Shown here: piece after piece, positions 9,877 through 17,792 of the stretch
How the letters are laid out: each line of letters starts with the position of its first letter
How positions within the stretch are numbered: position 1 is the first letter of the stretch
Source: Candidatus Hadarchaeota archaeon
GTDB taxonomy: Archaea; Hadarchaeota; Hadarchaeia; Hadarchaeales; Hadarchaeaceae
DNA length: 59,609 bases
Assembly: GCA_964345105.1 (NCBI GenBank)
Contig: CAYFPZ010000094.1
Coordinates: 1 to 59,609, forward strand
Direction of reading: 5' to 3'
Made by a program: the position numbers and the translations under genes
Notes under the pieces: generated by a model
Seen by the model: the letters and a program-made list of their open reading frames with translations, nothing else
What the model was told of the DNA's origin: nothing
The model's database searches: none

Positions 9877-10176
9877 TCAACCGAACAGCGCGCCAAGTCC
9901 GGCCAAAGCTTCCTCTTCTTTCTTCTCCTCTTCGACTTTCTTCTCTTCCTTCTTTTCCTCGGTCTTTGCTGGAGCTGCCGCGGGTGCAGCTACCGCAGGA
10001 ACTGCTGCGCTCTTGATTGCCTCTTCGATATTCACTCCTTCAAGCGCCGCGACTAAGGCCTTCACTCTAGCCTCGTCCACCTGTGCTCCCGCTGCTTTGA
10101 GGATGTTCACTAGGCTAGCCTCGTCTACCTTCTTGCCAACCGAGTGCAGCAAAAGAGCTGCATGCACATATTCCAT
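9877..10176 (-). CDS. rpl12: 50S ribosomal stalk protein P1 (aL12)
   Basis: [22 protein letters not shown]...[27 protein letters not shown], the canonical acidic tail. The start is moved to the internal ATG at 10176. The upstream 22 codons of the track ORF look non-coding. Confidence 0.93.
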   Translation of the reverse strand: MEYVHAALLLHSVGKKVDEASLVNILKAAGAQVDEARVKALVAALEGVNIEEAIKSAAVPAVAAPAAAPAKTEEKKEEKKVEEEKKEEEALAGLGALFG

Positions 10177-10254
10177 GTTAATCCCTTTCGTTCTTGTGAA
10201 TACTCCAATATAAATCTTAAAGGGTGAAAAGTACTCGCCCATACAGTGATTAAG

Positions 10255-11223
10255 TTAGTCTTTTTTATCCACAGGTTTGGGCTTCTCCTCGGACTTTGCC
10301 TCGGGCGCTGGCGCGATTGCAAGCATGCCCTTAAGCTCCGCGTCGAGCGCTTTTTCATCTTTAGAGTAAACGGATGCAGCTAGACCAAGCATCTCAGAGT
10401 AAGCTCTATTCAACAGCGACGGCATGACTTCCGAGATGGGCAAGCACGCATTCAGCGCTAGGTTGCGTGCAGAAACACCCGCTTTCGAGATCATCACTCC
10501 AATTGTAATGCTGGTTGGGTAGTCCGCGTTTATTGCGAGATTCACTGCACTGACGCAAGCGAGCTGGAGTTGTCCGATGGCTTTTGTCTCGTCGAACTCG
10601 AGCACCTCACCCGAAAATATCATGCCGGCCTCGTAGACGGCCCGGAGCTTCAGCCCAAGCTCAAGCGGGTGGATGCCGAACTTCGCAAGCGCATCGGCAA
10701 CCTCCTTAGATATCACATCTCCCTCCTTCAAAAGCTGGCAGTCCTCGAGGATGACGATCTTTCCCGCTTGGATTCTCGCCTTGATACCCACACGCTGAAG
10801 CTCTCCGACTATGGGCCCCGGGGCAAAATCAGTTTCTCCGGCAGGAATTACGATATCCTTTGGTGACTTCGATCCGGGCTTCGCGGGTGCGCTGGTCTTG
10901 TTCTCGCGAAGGACCTTGCTAAGCTTGAATGGGTTCACGCGCGCAAGAATAAGCGCTGTTGGTCCTTGCAAGTGATCGATTAGCTCTTGGAGCTTGGAAT
11001 CTTTTCGCTCGGCCGCTCGATCGAGCGAGAGCTTCAATAGAGTGTTTTTGGAGACGATAATCTCGGCCTGTTCCCTCAACTTCTGGCGCATTTGCTGGAA
11101 CTGTGCGGCTGGGAGGTCCGCGATGTCGAGTATCCCAACCACCGGGTAGCGCTCTAGCTTCTCGATGAGCTCGCCGACGACTTCTTGCTTCCAAGGCGCA
11201 ACCTTTTCAGCTTTCATCACCAT
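10255..11223 (-). CDS. rplP0: 50S ribosomal protein P0 (uL10)
   Basis: 322 aa. APWKQEVVGELIEKLERYPVVGILDIADLPAAQFQQMRQKLR, with a K/E-rich tail. Confidence 0.95.
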   Translation of the reverse strand: MVMKAEKVAPWKQEVVGELIEKLERYPVVGILDIADLPAAQFQQMRQKLREQAEIIVSKNTLLKLSLDRAAERKDSKLQELIDHLQGPTALILARVNPFKLSKVLRENKTSAPAKPGSKSPKDIVIPAGETDFAPGPIVGELQRVGIKARIQAGKIVILEDCQLLKEGDVISKEVADALAKFGIHPLELGLKLRAVYEAGMIFSGEVLEFDETKAIGQLQLACVSAVNLAINADYPTSITIGVMISKAGVSARNLALNACLPISEVMPSLLNRAYSEMLGLAASVYSKDEKALDAELKGMLAIAPAPEAKSEEKPKPVDKKD

Positions 11224-11226
11224 TCA

Positions 11227-11874
11227 TTACACCTCAACCCTAACTGGTTTCCCCATCGTTGCCTTAAGGCTGATCGAGCGCACTTTGCTGAGACCCTCCA
11301 ACTTGTGTTCGACTGCATCAAGCACCGCCCGCGCATTCGCCACGAGTTCCTCATCGCTCATGTTTTCAACGCCGATGTGAGCATGCAAGGTCGGCTGGTC
11401 CTTCGTTCGCACCTTCAGGATTTTCTTGAGGCGATCAATGAGTGGCTTCTGGTCGACCGTGGGTGGAATCGGTTTAGGCATTTTCCCTCTCGGGCCCAAC
11501 ACAGGTCCAAGGGCTTTTCCTATCATGAGCATAAAATCGGCTTGAGCTAGGAAAAATTGAAATTCATCGGCTAGCTTTTTTGCCTGCTTTCGATCCTGCT
11601 TGAGAGTTTCGATGTCCGTGCGTCCAAGCACAAGGTCTGCACCCGCATCACGTGCCTTACGCGCAAACTCCCCCTCCCCGAAGACGCCGACCTTGTACGG
11701 CTTGCCGACTTCGTGGGGAAGGGCAACGTCTATGTCGATGCGCCCCTCCGGCTTCTTAGGGTCGATATCCCTCAAGTTGATCGATAGGTCGACACCCTGC
11801 GCAAATTTTCTCTGACGGCTGTTTTCCCGCATCAGCTTGATTGCCTTGAGCAAGTTCTCACTTGAAACTGGCAT
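11227..11874 (-). CDS. rpl1: 50S ribosomal protein uL1
   Basis: 215 aa. Position between L11 and P0, with KFAQGVDLSINLRDIDPKKPE...GPRGKMPKP. Confidence 0.95.
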   Translation of the reverse strand: MPVSSENLLKAIKLMRENSRQRKFAQGVDLSINLRDIDPKKPEGRIDIDVALPHEVGKPYKVGVFGEGEFARKARDAGADLVLGRTDIETLKQDRKQAKKLADEFQFFLAQADFMLMIGKALGPVLGPRGKMPKPIPPTVDQKPLIDRLKKILKVRTKDQPTLHAHIGVENMSDEELVANARAVLDAVEHKLEGLSKVRSISLKATMGKPVRVEV

Positions 11875-12350
11875 TATTTCAGCACCTCGTCGTATTTCCC
11901 TTCATCCACCTCGCGTTGTACCTCGCGAGCATCCTTGCCTTCAACTGTCACACCAGCGCTCACACAAGTCCCGAGAACCTCCTTGACTGCCGCCTTCAAC
12001 CCCTTGGCCAACGTGCCCTCGAGTTTAAGCTTCGCGATTTCGACCGCTTGAGTGAGGGCGAGATTTCCAACAACTTCCGTGCCAGAAGTTTTAGCTCCCT
12101 TCTCTAGACCTAATTTCTTTTTAATCAGAGCGGCGATTGGTGGTGAGCCGACTTCGATTTCAAATTGTTTTGTCTTCTTGTCTACAACTACGCTCACGGG
12201 GACCTTCATGCCCTCGAAAGTTGACGTCTTCTCATTTATCTTCGCTACCACCTGTCCGATATTGATTCCAAGCGGACCTAGAGCTGGACCTAACGGTGGA
12301 CCGGCGCTAGCTTTTCCTCCCTCGACTAATACCTTGACTCTCGATTTCAT
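11874..12350 (-). CDS. rpl11: 50S ribosomal protein uL11
   Basis: [35 protein letters not shown], the universal L11 N-domain signature. The start is set at the internal ATG at 12350. Confidence 0.95.
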   Translation of the reverse strand: MKSRVKVLVEGGKASAGPPLGPALGPLGINIGQVVAKINEKTSTFEGMKVPVSVVVDKKTKQFEIEVGSPPIAALIKKKLGLEKGAKTSGTEVVGNLALTQAVEIAKLKLEGTLAKGLKAAVKEVLGTCVSAGVTVEGKDAREVQREVDEGKYDEVLK

Positions 12351-12430
12351 CGCAATCGCCTCACTGAACGATAGGCGCAATTCCCTCAAAAGTAGGCTCC
12401 ACGCGGTAAAAAAAGCTGTGGTATAACCGA

Positions 12431-12721
12431 CTACTCGACGATTTCAAGTTTGCCGTACATGCCTGCGCTGACATGAACCTCATCGCGGAAGAGCCTCGCA
12501 TAGCCATTGCGGATTCTAACTGTACAGCCGACCTTGACAAGATCGATATCTTTGTTCCAGAGCGAGATTTTTATTCGCCCAGAGTCGTCCTCTCCAATCG
12601 CGGTGGTCACCTTGCCCTCTCGCCCAGCCCGACTGAGGTACGGGCGCGGCTCTTCGAGTTCGACGATTTTCAAATCTAGGTCGATACGTCGCATTCCCGG
12701 CTTTATATCGCCTGCCTTCAT
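12431..12721 (-). CDS. Small single-OB-fold nucleic-acid-binding protein (SSB/RPA-like)
   Basis: 96 aa. Beta-rich pattern [14 protein letters not shown]...[43 protein letters not shown] is typical of an OB barrel. Its ATG overlaps the spt5 stop (ATGA at 12718-12721). Confidence 0.55.
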   Translation of the reverse strand: MKAGDIKPGMRRIDLDLKIVELEEPRPYLSRAGREGKVTTAIGEDDSGRIKISLWNKDIDLVKVGCTVRIRNGYARLFRDEVHVSAGMYGKLEIVE

Positions 12722-13197
12722 TTAGCTTCCTCCTCTTTCTCCTTTTTCTGGATTACCTTCACAAAGTCACTTCGAACTGTGACCGGAATTGGAACGGTTG
12801 CCTCGAAGAGCTCGACGGTTATCTCCTCCCTCCCCTCGTCAATCCGAATTATTCGCGCCCGTTCTCCTCGAAAAGGACCTGATGTGTGCTCGACAATGTC
12901 CCCAACCTCCATGCCCACGATGACTGGCTTCGGCTCGAGAAAACTCTCGATCTCGTTCATAGGGATTTCGCCCGGGATGACGCCCTTCGCGTGCTTGATT
13001 CCGACCCGCACCTGATCTACAACAGATTTGCCGGTAGCCTCGACAAACACGTAGCCCCTTATTCCTGGAGGTGGGAACACGGCCTTAATTGGTAAGTTGA
13101 AATTTTTCGCACGCGTCACTATCATATCCGCTGTGTTCTTCTCCTGACCTATGGTTGAGCGGATTGCGAATATGGCTGGCTTCTGGATTTCCTCCAT
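12718..13197 (-). CDS. nusG: Transcription elongation factor Spt5/NusG
   Basis: 159 aa. NGN domain (IFAIRSTIGQEKNTADMI...RGYVFVEA) plus KOW (GDIVEHTSGPFRGERARIIRID). Confidence 0.93.
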   Translation of the reverse strand: MEEIQKPAIFAIRSTIGQEKNTADMIVTRAKNFNLPIKAVFPPPGIRGYVFVEATGKSVVDQVRVGIKHAKGVIPGEIPMNEIESFLEPKPVIVGMEVGDIVEHTSGPFRGERARIIRIDEGREEITVELFEATVPIPVTVRSDFVKVIQKKEKEEEAK

Positions 13198-13206
13198 TTG
13201 ATCACC

Positions 13207-13380
13207 TTACGTGGCTGGTGTCGCGCCAAAAAAAACTCCGACTAGCATTATCAAGAACCCTATGAAACCTATGAGCATGATCCCTATCCCGGTGATTTTC
13301 GCTACTTGCAAGTATTCGTTTTTGTCTGGTTTCCGCGCTATCCGCAGCACGCGTTTACAGTTAGATAAGAACTTTCGCAT
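13207..13380 (-). CDS. secE: Protein translocase subunit SecE/Sec61-gamma
   Basis: Below the 60-aa cutoff of the track. My translation is MRKFLSNCKRVLRIARKPDKNEYLQVAKITGIGIMLIGFIGFLIMLVGVFFGATPAT*, with the conserved position between ftsZ and nusG and one C-terminal TM. The ATG directly abuts the ftsZ stop (TAGATG). Confidence 0.85.
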   Translation of the reverse strand: MRKFLSNCKRVLRIARKPDKNEYLQVAKITGIGIMLIGFIGFLIMLVGVFFGATPAT

Positions 13381-14520
13381 CTACAAGGACTCCAGTCCGA
13401 GGTCGACGGGCTCGCCCTCTCGTGGGGGCTGCTCACCTGGACCAAGCGCGTAGGGTGAGTGGACTCCAGAGAGCACGACCATGACCCGCACCGAGTTTTT
13501 CATGTCCTCGGAGATTTGAGCGCCCCAGATGACTTGGGCTTCGGGGTCGAGGGACTCGGAGATGTGAGAGACGATTCGCTCTGCCTCCTCGAGCGTCATA
13601 CCCGGGCTCCCGACCACGTTCACGAGCACCCCCTTTGCCCCGGTGACGTCGACATCTAGAAGCGGGCTGTTCAGCGCTTCCTCGACAGCCTCTTTGGCGC
13701 GGTTGTCGGTGTCGGATTCACCTATACCTAGCATCGCCACTCCACCGTCCTGTAGCACCGTGCGCACATCAGCAAAGTCAAGGTTGATGAGCCCGGGCTT
13801 CGTAATCATCTCCGTTATCCCTTTAATCGCGTCCATCAGGAGTTGATCAGCTACCTTAAATGCCGCCCCAATGGGAATGTCTGGCGCAAGCTGGAGCAAC
13901 TTGTCATTAGGAATCACGACCACAGTGTCTACGACCCCCCGAAGGCGCACGAGTCCCTGCTCGGCGTTCAACCTCCGGCGCGTCCCCTCGACGGAGAAGG
14001 GCAGGGTCACAACGCCCACAGTTAGCGCCCCGAGTTTTTTCGCAATCTCGCCCACAACGGGTACCGCACCGGTTCCAGTCCCCCCGCCTAAGCCGCAGGT
14101 CACGAAGACCATGTCGGCACCGTAGACGTGATCCTTCACAATTGCTTCGTCCTCCCTCGCAGCAGCCTCTCCCTTATTCGGATCATTGCCGGCTCCGAGG
14201 CCACCCGTTATATCGCGCCCTATGAGGATTTTTCGGTCGGCTGCCGTGTAGAGCAAGTCTTGAGCATCGGTGTTGAGGGCTATCGTGTCGACGCCTTCGA
14301 TACCAACTCCCATCATGCGGGAGAGAGTGTTACAGCCTGCGCCGCCGCAGCCAACAACGACAATACGGGCTCGCGCCTCCTGCAAAGCCCGTTCGAGTTC
14401 CTCGTTAGTAACCGTGGGTACTGCCTTGGACACTTTAGCTCTAGCAGCGGTAGTAATTCCCGGCTTTGAAAGTTCAAATCCCGTCTCGGGAGAGAACACA
14501 GCCGATTCAGTCTTCTGCAA
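13381..14520 (-). CDS. ftsZ: Cell division GTPase FtsZ
   Basis: [19 protein letters not shown] and the tubulin signature [14 protein letters not shown]. The track start is TTG. Confidence 0.96.
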   Translation of the reverse strand: MQKTESAVFSPETGFELSKPGITTAARAKVSKAVPTVTNEELERALQEARARIVVVGCGGAGCNTLSRMMGVGIEGVDTIALNTDAQDLLYTAADRKILIGRDITGGLGAGNDPNKGEAAAREDEAIVKDHVYGADMVFVTCGLGGGTGTGAVPVVGEIAKKLGALTVGVVTLPFSVEGTRRRLNAEQGLVRLRGVVDTVVVIPNDKLLQLAPDIPIGAAFKVADQLLMDAIKGITEMITKPGLINLDFADVRTVLQDGGVAMLGIGESDTDNRAKEAVEEALNSPLLDVDVTGAKGVLVNVVGSPGMTLEEAERIVSHISESLDPEAQVIWGAQISEDMKNSVRVMVVLSGVHSPYALGPGEQPPREGEPVDLGLESL

Positions 14521-14568
14521 TTTAAATCCCCCTCGTTATCTGCGTTGGCAAATTTCTCCCAAGTTAAT

Positions 14569-15360
14569 TTAAACCTTTGCCCCACTGAGGATTTCCCGCG
14601 TGCGTATCGCTTGAATGCCCAGCCTTTCAGCAACCCGCTGGGAAACCTGACGTTGTTCACTGCTCATGCCCTTCCAGTCAAGTGCCAACAGTTCTACGCC
14701 TCCTCGGGTACGAACGATTGCTCGCTCAATCAGCGTTTCATCGATGCTAGCGTACTTTGGGAGAATGTGCCCCACCCCAATTTCGGTGAACAAGGCCACA
14801 TTAGTGTGGTGTGGGGCATAGTGAGGTCCGCCGAGTCCTATAGCGTGACGACATTTTATCGGTAAAGTCGCTGCAACCATGATTGCTTGGGCAACAGCTC
14901 CCCCGGCTTTTTTGTCGTGCCACTGCTCGAATGAACTGCCAATCTCCACGAACGTCACTGGGACATCGATTCGCGTTGGACCGTGGTGGGTGGCCTCGAG
15001 AGAGACATCGTATGTCAGTCCAAACTTATCGCGCATTTCCACAAGAGTTCTGAGGGCGGTTTTTACCGTCGAGGGGGAGGCTTCTGCGAGTCTCATCTTT
15101 TCAACCTCACCTGGCACATGCACGGTAAGCGTTGGGGTACCTGACTCACTTGCATGTCGGGAAGCAACGATGACTTCTTCCGCATCTATCGGTAACTCGG
15201 TGATTTGAGTCACCTCACCCGCGATTGTTAGAAGTGTAACATTCCTATACACATATGCGTTCGTCAGGCTCGGTGATTTCTTAAAGTCGTGACTCTTCAG
15301 CAGTTGCATGACGATATTTTTGGCGGCTGGGTCTTGGGCAGAGGCGAGGAAGAGCTTCAT
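14569..15360 (-). CDS. dtdA: D-aminoacyl-tRNA deacylase, archaeal type (DTD2)
   Basis: About 263 aa. MKLFLASAQDPAAKNI...EATHHGP...GGPHYAP is the family pattern. The ATG at 15360 is preferred over the upstream TTG. Confidence 0.8.
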   Translation of the reverse strand: MKLFLASAQDPAAKNIVMQLLKSHDFKKSPSLTNAYVYRNVTLLTIAGEVTQITELPIDAEEVIVASRHASESGTPTLTVHVPGEVEKMRLAEASPSTVKTALRTLVEMRDKFGLTYDVSLEATHHGPTRIDVPVTFVEIGSSFEQWHDKKAGGAVAQAIMVAATLPIKCRHAIGLGGPHYAPHHTNVALFTEIGVGHILPKYASIDETLIERAIVRTRGGVELLALDWKGMSSEQRQVSQRVAERLGIQAIRTREILSGAKV

Positions 15361-15391
15361 CAAGAACAACTCACGCTACAAACAAAAAAGG

Positions 15392-15467
15392 TGGTGGGCC
15401 CGCCGAGATTCGAACTCGGGAACTTCGCCATGTCAAGGCGACGTCATAACCACTAGACCACGGGCCC
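15392..15467 (-). tRNA. tRNA-Val (anticodon GAC), CCA encoded
   Basis: RC reads GGGCCCG-TG-GTCTAGTGGTTATGAC-G-TCGCC-TTGACAT-GGCGA-AGTTC-CCGAG-TTCGAAT-CTCGG-CGGGCCC-A-CCA, a full cloverleaf folded by hand. Confidence 0.9.
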
Positions 15468-15515
15468 CAAAATGAATTTGAGTTGAGTTAGTATAAATCC
15501 TCTACAGTTCAAAAG

Positions 15516-15645
15516 TGGTGGACCGGGCGGGATTTGAACCCGCGACCTCCCGCAATTTGGATGAATTTTACAGTTTGCCAAGCGGACGATCATTCTGTTG
15601 ACGAGGGAATATTCCCCCTTCATTTCCAGGCTGATCCACCGGCCC
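15516..15645 (-). tRNA. tRNA-Ala (anticodon GGC) interrupted by two introns (anticodon loop and D-loop), CCA encoded
   Basis: Acceptor GGGCCGG/CCGGTCC with G3:U70. T arm GCGGG-TTCAAAT-CCCGC. Anticodon stem TCCGC/GCGGG encloses 28 nt (TTGGCA + about 21 nt). D stem GATC/GATC encloses 41 nt. 130 nt total. Confidence 0.8.
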
Positions 15646-15812
15646 ACCGAGAAAAAGGTTGTCATGCATGCTTAAGAAATTTTGTGATTGTCTAACATTA
15701 GACACGCAGGTGTCCTAAATAAAACACAGGGTGAAAAGCCTAAGTTAACTAGCGTCGCTAACTAATTTGCTTATTCGAAAAAGCCTTCCATATTTACGCT
15801 AGCAAATAACGA

Positions 15813-16007
15813 CTACCTTAGCCGCAGCCCTTGAATCTTCTTTACCTTCCAATTATACCGCTTGATGCGGCGCGAGCGCCCGTAGCCACAGGCAGCACAA
15901 ACTCCCCGCTGGACGTGGTAAGCTCGCCTCCCGCACCGTCGGCAACGAATATGCACGACCTTGTGGCGCTTGCCCATCGATGCAGTGCCCTTGACCATTT
16001 CACTCAC
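15813..16007 (-). CDS. rpl37e: 50S ribosomal protein eL37
   Basis: [38 protein letters not shown], a zinc-ribbon L37e signature. Confidence 0.95.
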   Translation of the reverse strand: MSEMVKGTASMGKRHKVVHIRCRRCGRRAYHVQRGVCAACGYGRSRRIKRYNWKVKKIQGLRLR

Positions 16008-16228
16008 TCAGCAGGCGAGATGAATATGACGCTGTCTCCCCGGATTACCATCGTCCCGTAGCGTTTCACCGTTTCGTTGCCGTGGATTTCATCTGTCTCC
16101 TCAAGCACTAGATTGAGGTGCATGTCGAAACCGCTTAGCTTTCCCCTAAACTCCCGGCCGCCCTTGAGTCCAACCAACACTGATGAACCTAGGGCGCGGT
16201 TGAGCACATCAAGAGGTCGCTGTGCCAT
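16004..16228 (-). CDS. Sm-like protein (archaeal LSm/SmAP)
   Basis: [40 protein letters not shown]...[10 protein letters not shown] (Sm1/Sm2 motifs). The conserved LSm-L37e operon overlaps by 4 nt. The start is set at the ATG at 16228. Confidence 0.92.
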   Translation of the reverse strand: MAQRPLDVLNRALGSSVLVGLKGGREFRGKLSGFDMHLNLVLEETDEIHGNETVKRYGTMVIRGDSVIFISPAE

Positions 16229-16287
16229 GAAAATCATCAACTTCTGTGCTAGCTGCATATTTAACCTTATCGAACCACTTTTAATTG

Positions 16288-16773
16288 ATGCCGATAAAGC
16301 GCCGTTATCACGTGAGAAAAGTTTTGCTTAAGCAACTTGCACAAAAAGTCGTCGAAAAGTTTGGTGAAAACACCGGCGAACTTTTAAAAGGGGTGATTGA
16401 AGTGATGGAGCTTGGCGAGGGCAGGGAAATCATTTTGGTTGGTGGTGAAGCACTCTTATTCAGGTTGAGTGATGGGATTTTTCCGACGCTGAAATCACTC
16501 GATCGAATTCCACTAAAGCGTGTAGTCGTTGACATGGGGGCAGTCCCTTACGTCGCCAACGGAGCTGATATTATGGCCCCGGGTGTAGTCTCAGCCGACG
16601 AGAAAATTACGCTAGGGGAGGGCGTGGTGATCGTGGATGAACGGCACAGCAAGCCCATCGCAATCGGACAAGCTCTTGTGCCCGGAGCGGAGATGCGAGG
16701 CCCGAAGGGTAAGGTAATTAAGAACCTCCACTATGTTGGCGATGAAATGTGGCGGCTTCAAGCAAAGAGTTAA
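16288..16773 (+). CDS. PUA domain RNA-binding protein (MCT-1/Tma20-like)
   Basis: About 160 aa. The C-terminal VVDMGAVPYVANGADIMAPGV...VVIVDERHSKPIAIGQAL is a typical PUA domain. Confidence 0.8.
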   Translation: MPIKRRYHVRKVLLKQLAQKVVEKFGENTGELLKGVIEVMELGEGREIILVGGEALLFRLSDGIFPTLKSLDRIPLKRVVVDMGAVPYVANGADIMAPGVVSADEKITLGEGVVIVDERHSKPIAIGQALVPGAEMRGPKGKVIKNLHYVGDEMWRLQAKS

Positions 16774-16812
16774 ATAGATTGAAAGCCACCGACCATGTGT
16801 TAGGGTGGTTGC

Positions 16813-17199
16813 GTGAAATCCTTGAAACGATTGTTCGGGGGAAAATCCGAGGTAAAGCCTGAAACGGTTGAAGAAGTACCGATAATGGAAATCGAGGAAA
16901 AGGTTGTTAGTAGTCCCCCGAGAGGCGTCAGCGAGCTTGAGCCCATCTACGTCAAAAGCATGGAGCTTCGAAGCCTCGTCGATGTCCAAGAGGTCGCGGA
17001 TGAGCTTCGAACCGGAAACATCATGGTCCTAGATATCAGCATGCTTATGAACCAAGATCCCGCCGAGCTCAAGAGGGCGATAGACCAGCTAAAAGGGATC
17101 TGTCAAGCTATCGGTGGGGACGTGGGGCGTTTGACGGAGTCAAAGGTGTTAGCTACTCCAAAGTTCGTCAACATCCAGTTCAAAAGGGCCATCGCATAA
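16813..17199 (+). CDS. sepF: Cell division protein SepF (FtsZ membrane anchor)
   Basis: 128 aa. The C-terminal core IYVKSMELRSLVDVQEVADELRTGNIMVLDIS...AIDQLKGICQAIGGDVGRL matches the SepF/DUF552 pattern. GTG start. Confidence 0.8.
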   Translation: MKSLKRLFGGKSEVKPETVEEVPIMEIEEKVVSSPPRGVSELEPIYVKSMELRSLVDVQEVADELRTGNIMVLDISMLMNQDPAELKRAIDQLKGICQAIGGDVGRLTESKVLATPKFVNIQFKRAIA

Positions 17200-17213
17200 T
17201 TTTTGGTGAATTC

Positions 17214-17792
17214 ATGCGGAAGAGGGAGTTCCTGCTCCCTATTGAGCGTTGCCCAATTTGTGGGGCCAAAGGCACTTTTCGCGTCAAGGGTAGGATCGAC
17301 CACATCCCATATTTCGGGGAGATAATGGAAACCTTCACAAACTGCACCAGCTGCGAATTCAGGCACGCGGATGTCGTGTGCTTAGGCGAGCGCCCCCCGC
17401 TACGCTACGAGTTTCAGATCAAATCCGAAGAAGATCTCAAGGTTAGAGTCGTGAAGTCGAGCACGGGAACGATCAAGCTTCCAGAGCTTGGGGTGACCGT
17501 AGAGCCAGGAGCAGCGAGCGAGGGCTATGTGTCGAATGTCGAGGGAGTGCTTAATCGTGTAGAGACGGCAATAAAGCTGGCGATTAAAAAAGTTGATGCT
17601 ACCAAGCGCCGGCGAGGTCAGGCGAAGCTAAAAAAACTCGATGAGGTGCGCGCCGGGAAGCGAGAGGCTAGGCTGATTCTCATGGACCCATTCGGGCACA
17701 GCACAATTGTAAACAGACGGGCCAAGAAACGCGAGTTGACTAAGCGGGAATTGGCATTGCTCAGAGGAAGTCCACACGCTAGTGGAGCCTGA
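17214..17792 (+). CDS. ZPR1-type zinc-finger protein
   Basis: CPICGAKG...IPYFGEIMETFTNCTSCEFR followed by the beta-rich A domain. 192 aa. Confidence 0.85.
   Translation: MRKREFLLPIERCPICGAKGTFRVKGRIDHIPYFGEIMETFTNCTSCEFRHADVVCLGERPPLRYEFQIKSEEDLKVRVVKSSTGTIKLPELGVTVEPGAASEGYVSNVEGVLNRVETAIKLAIKKVDATKRRRGQAKLKKLDEVRAGKREARLILMDPFGHSTIVNRRAKKRELTKRELALLRGSPHASGA

Noticed and set aside
13211-13453. 80-aa plus-strand ORF in the ftsZ-nusG spacer.
   Set aside because: It is the antisense shadow of secE (minus strand, 57 aa, a textbook Sec61-gamma sequence) and of the ftsZ 3' end. It has no motif support.
15453-15665. 70-aa minus-strand ORF.
   Set aside because: It is entirely made of tRNA-Val and tRNA-Ala gene sequence, so it is an artefact of the ORF caller.
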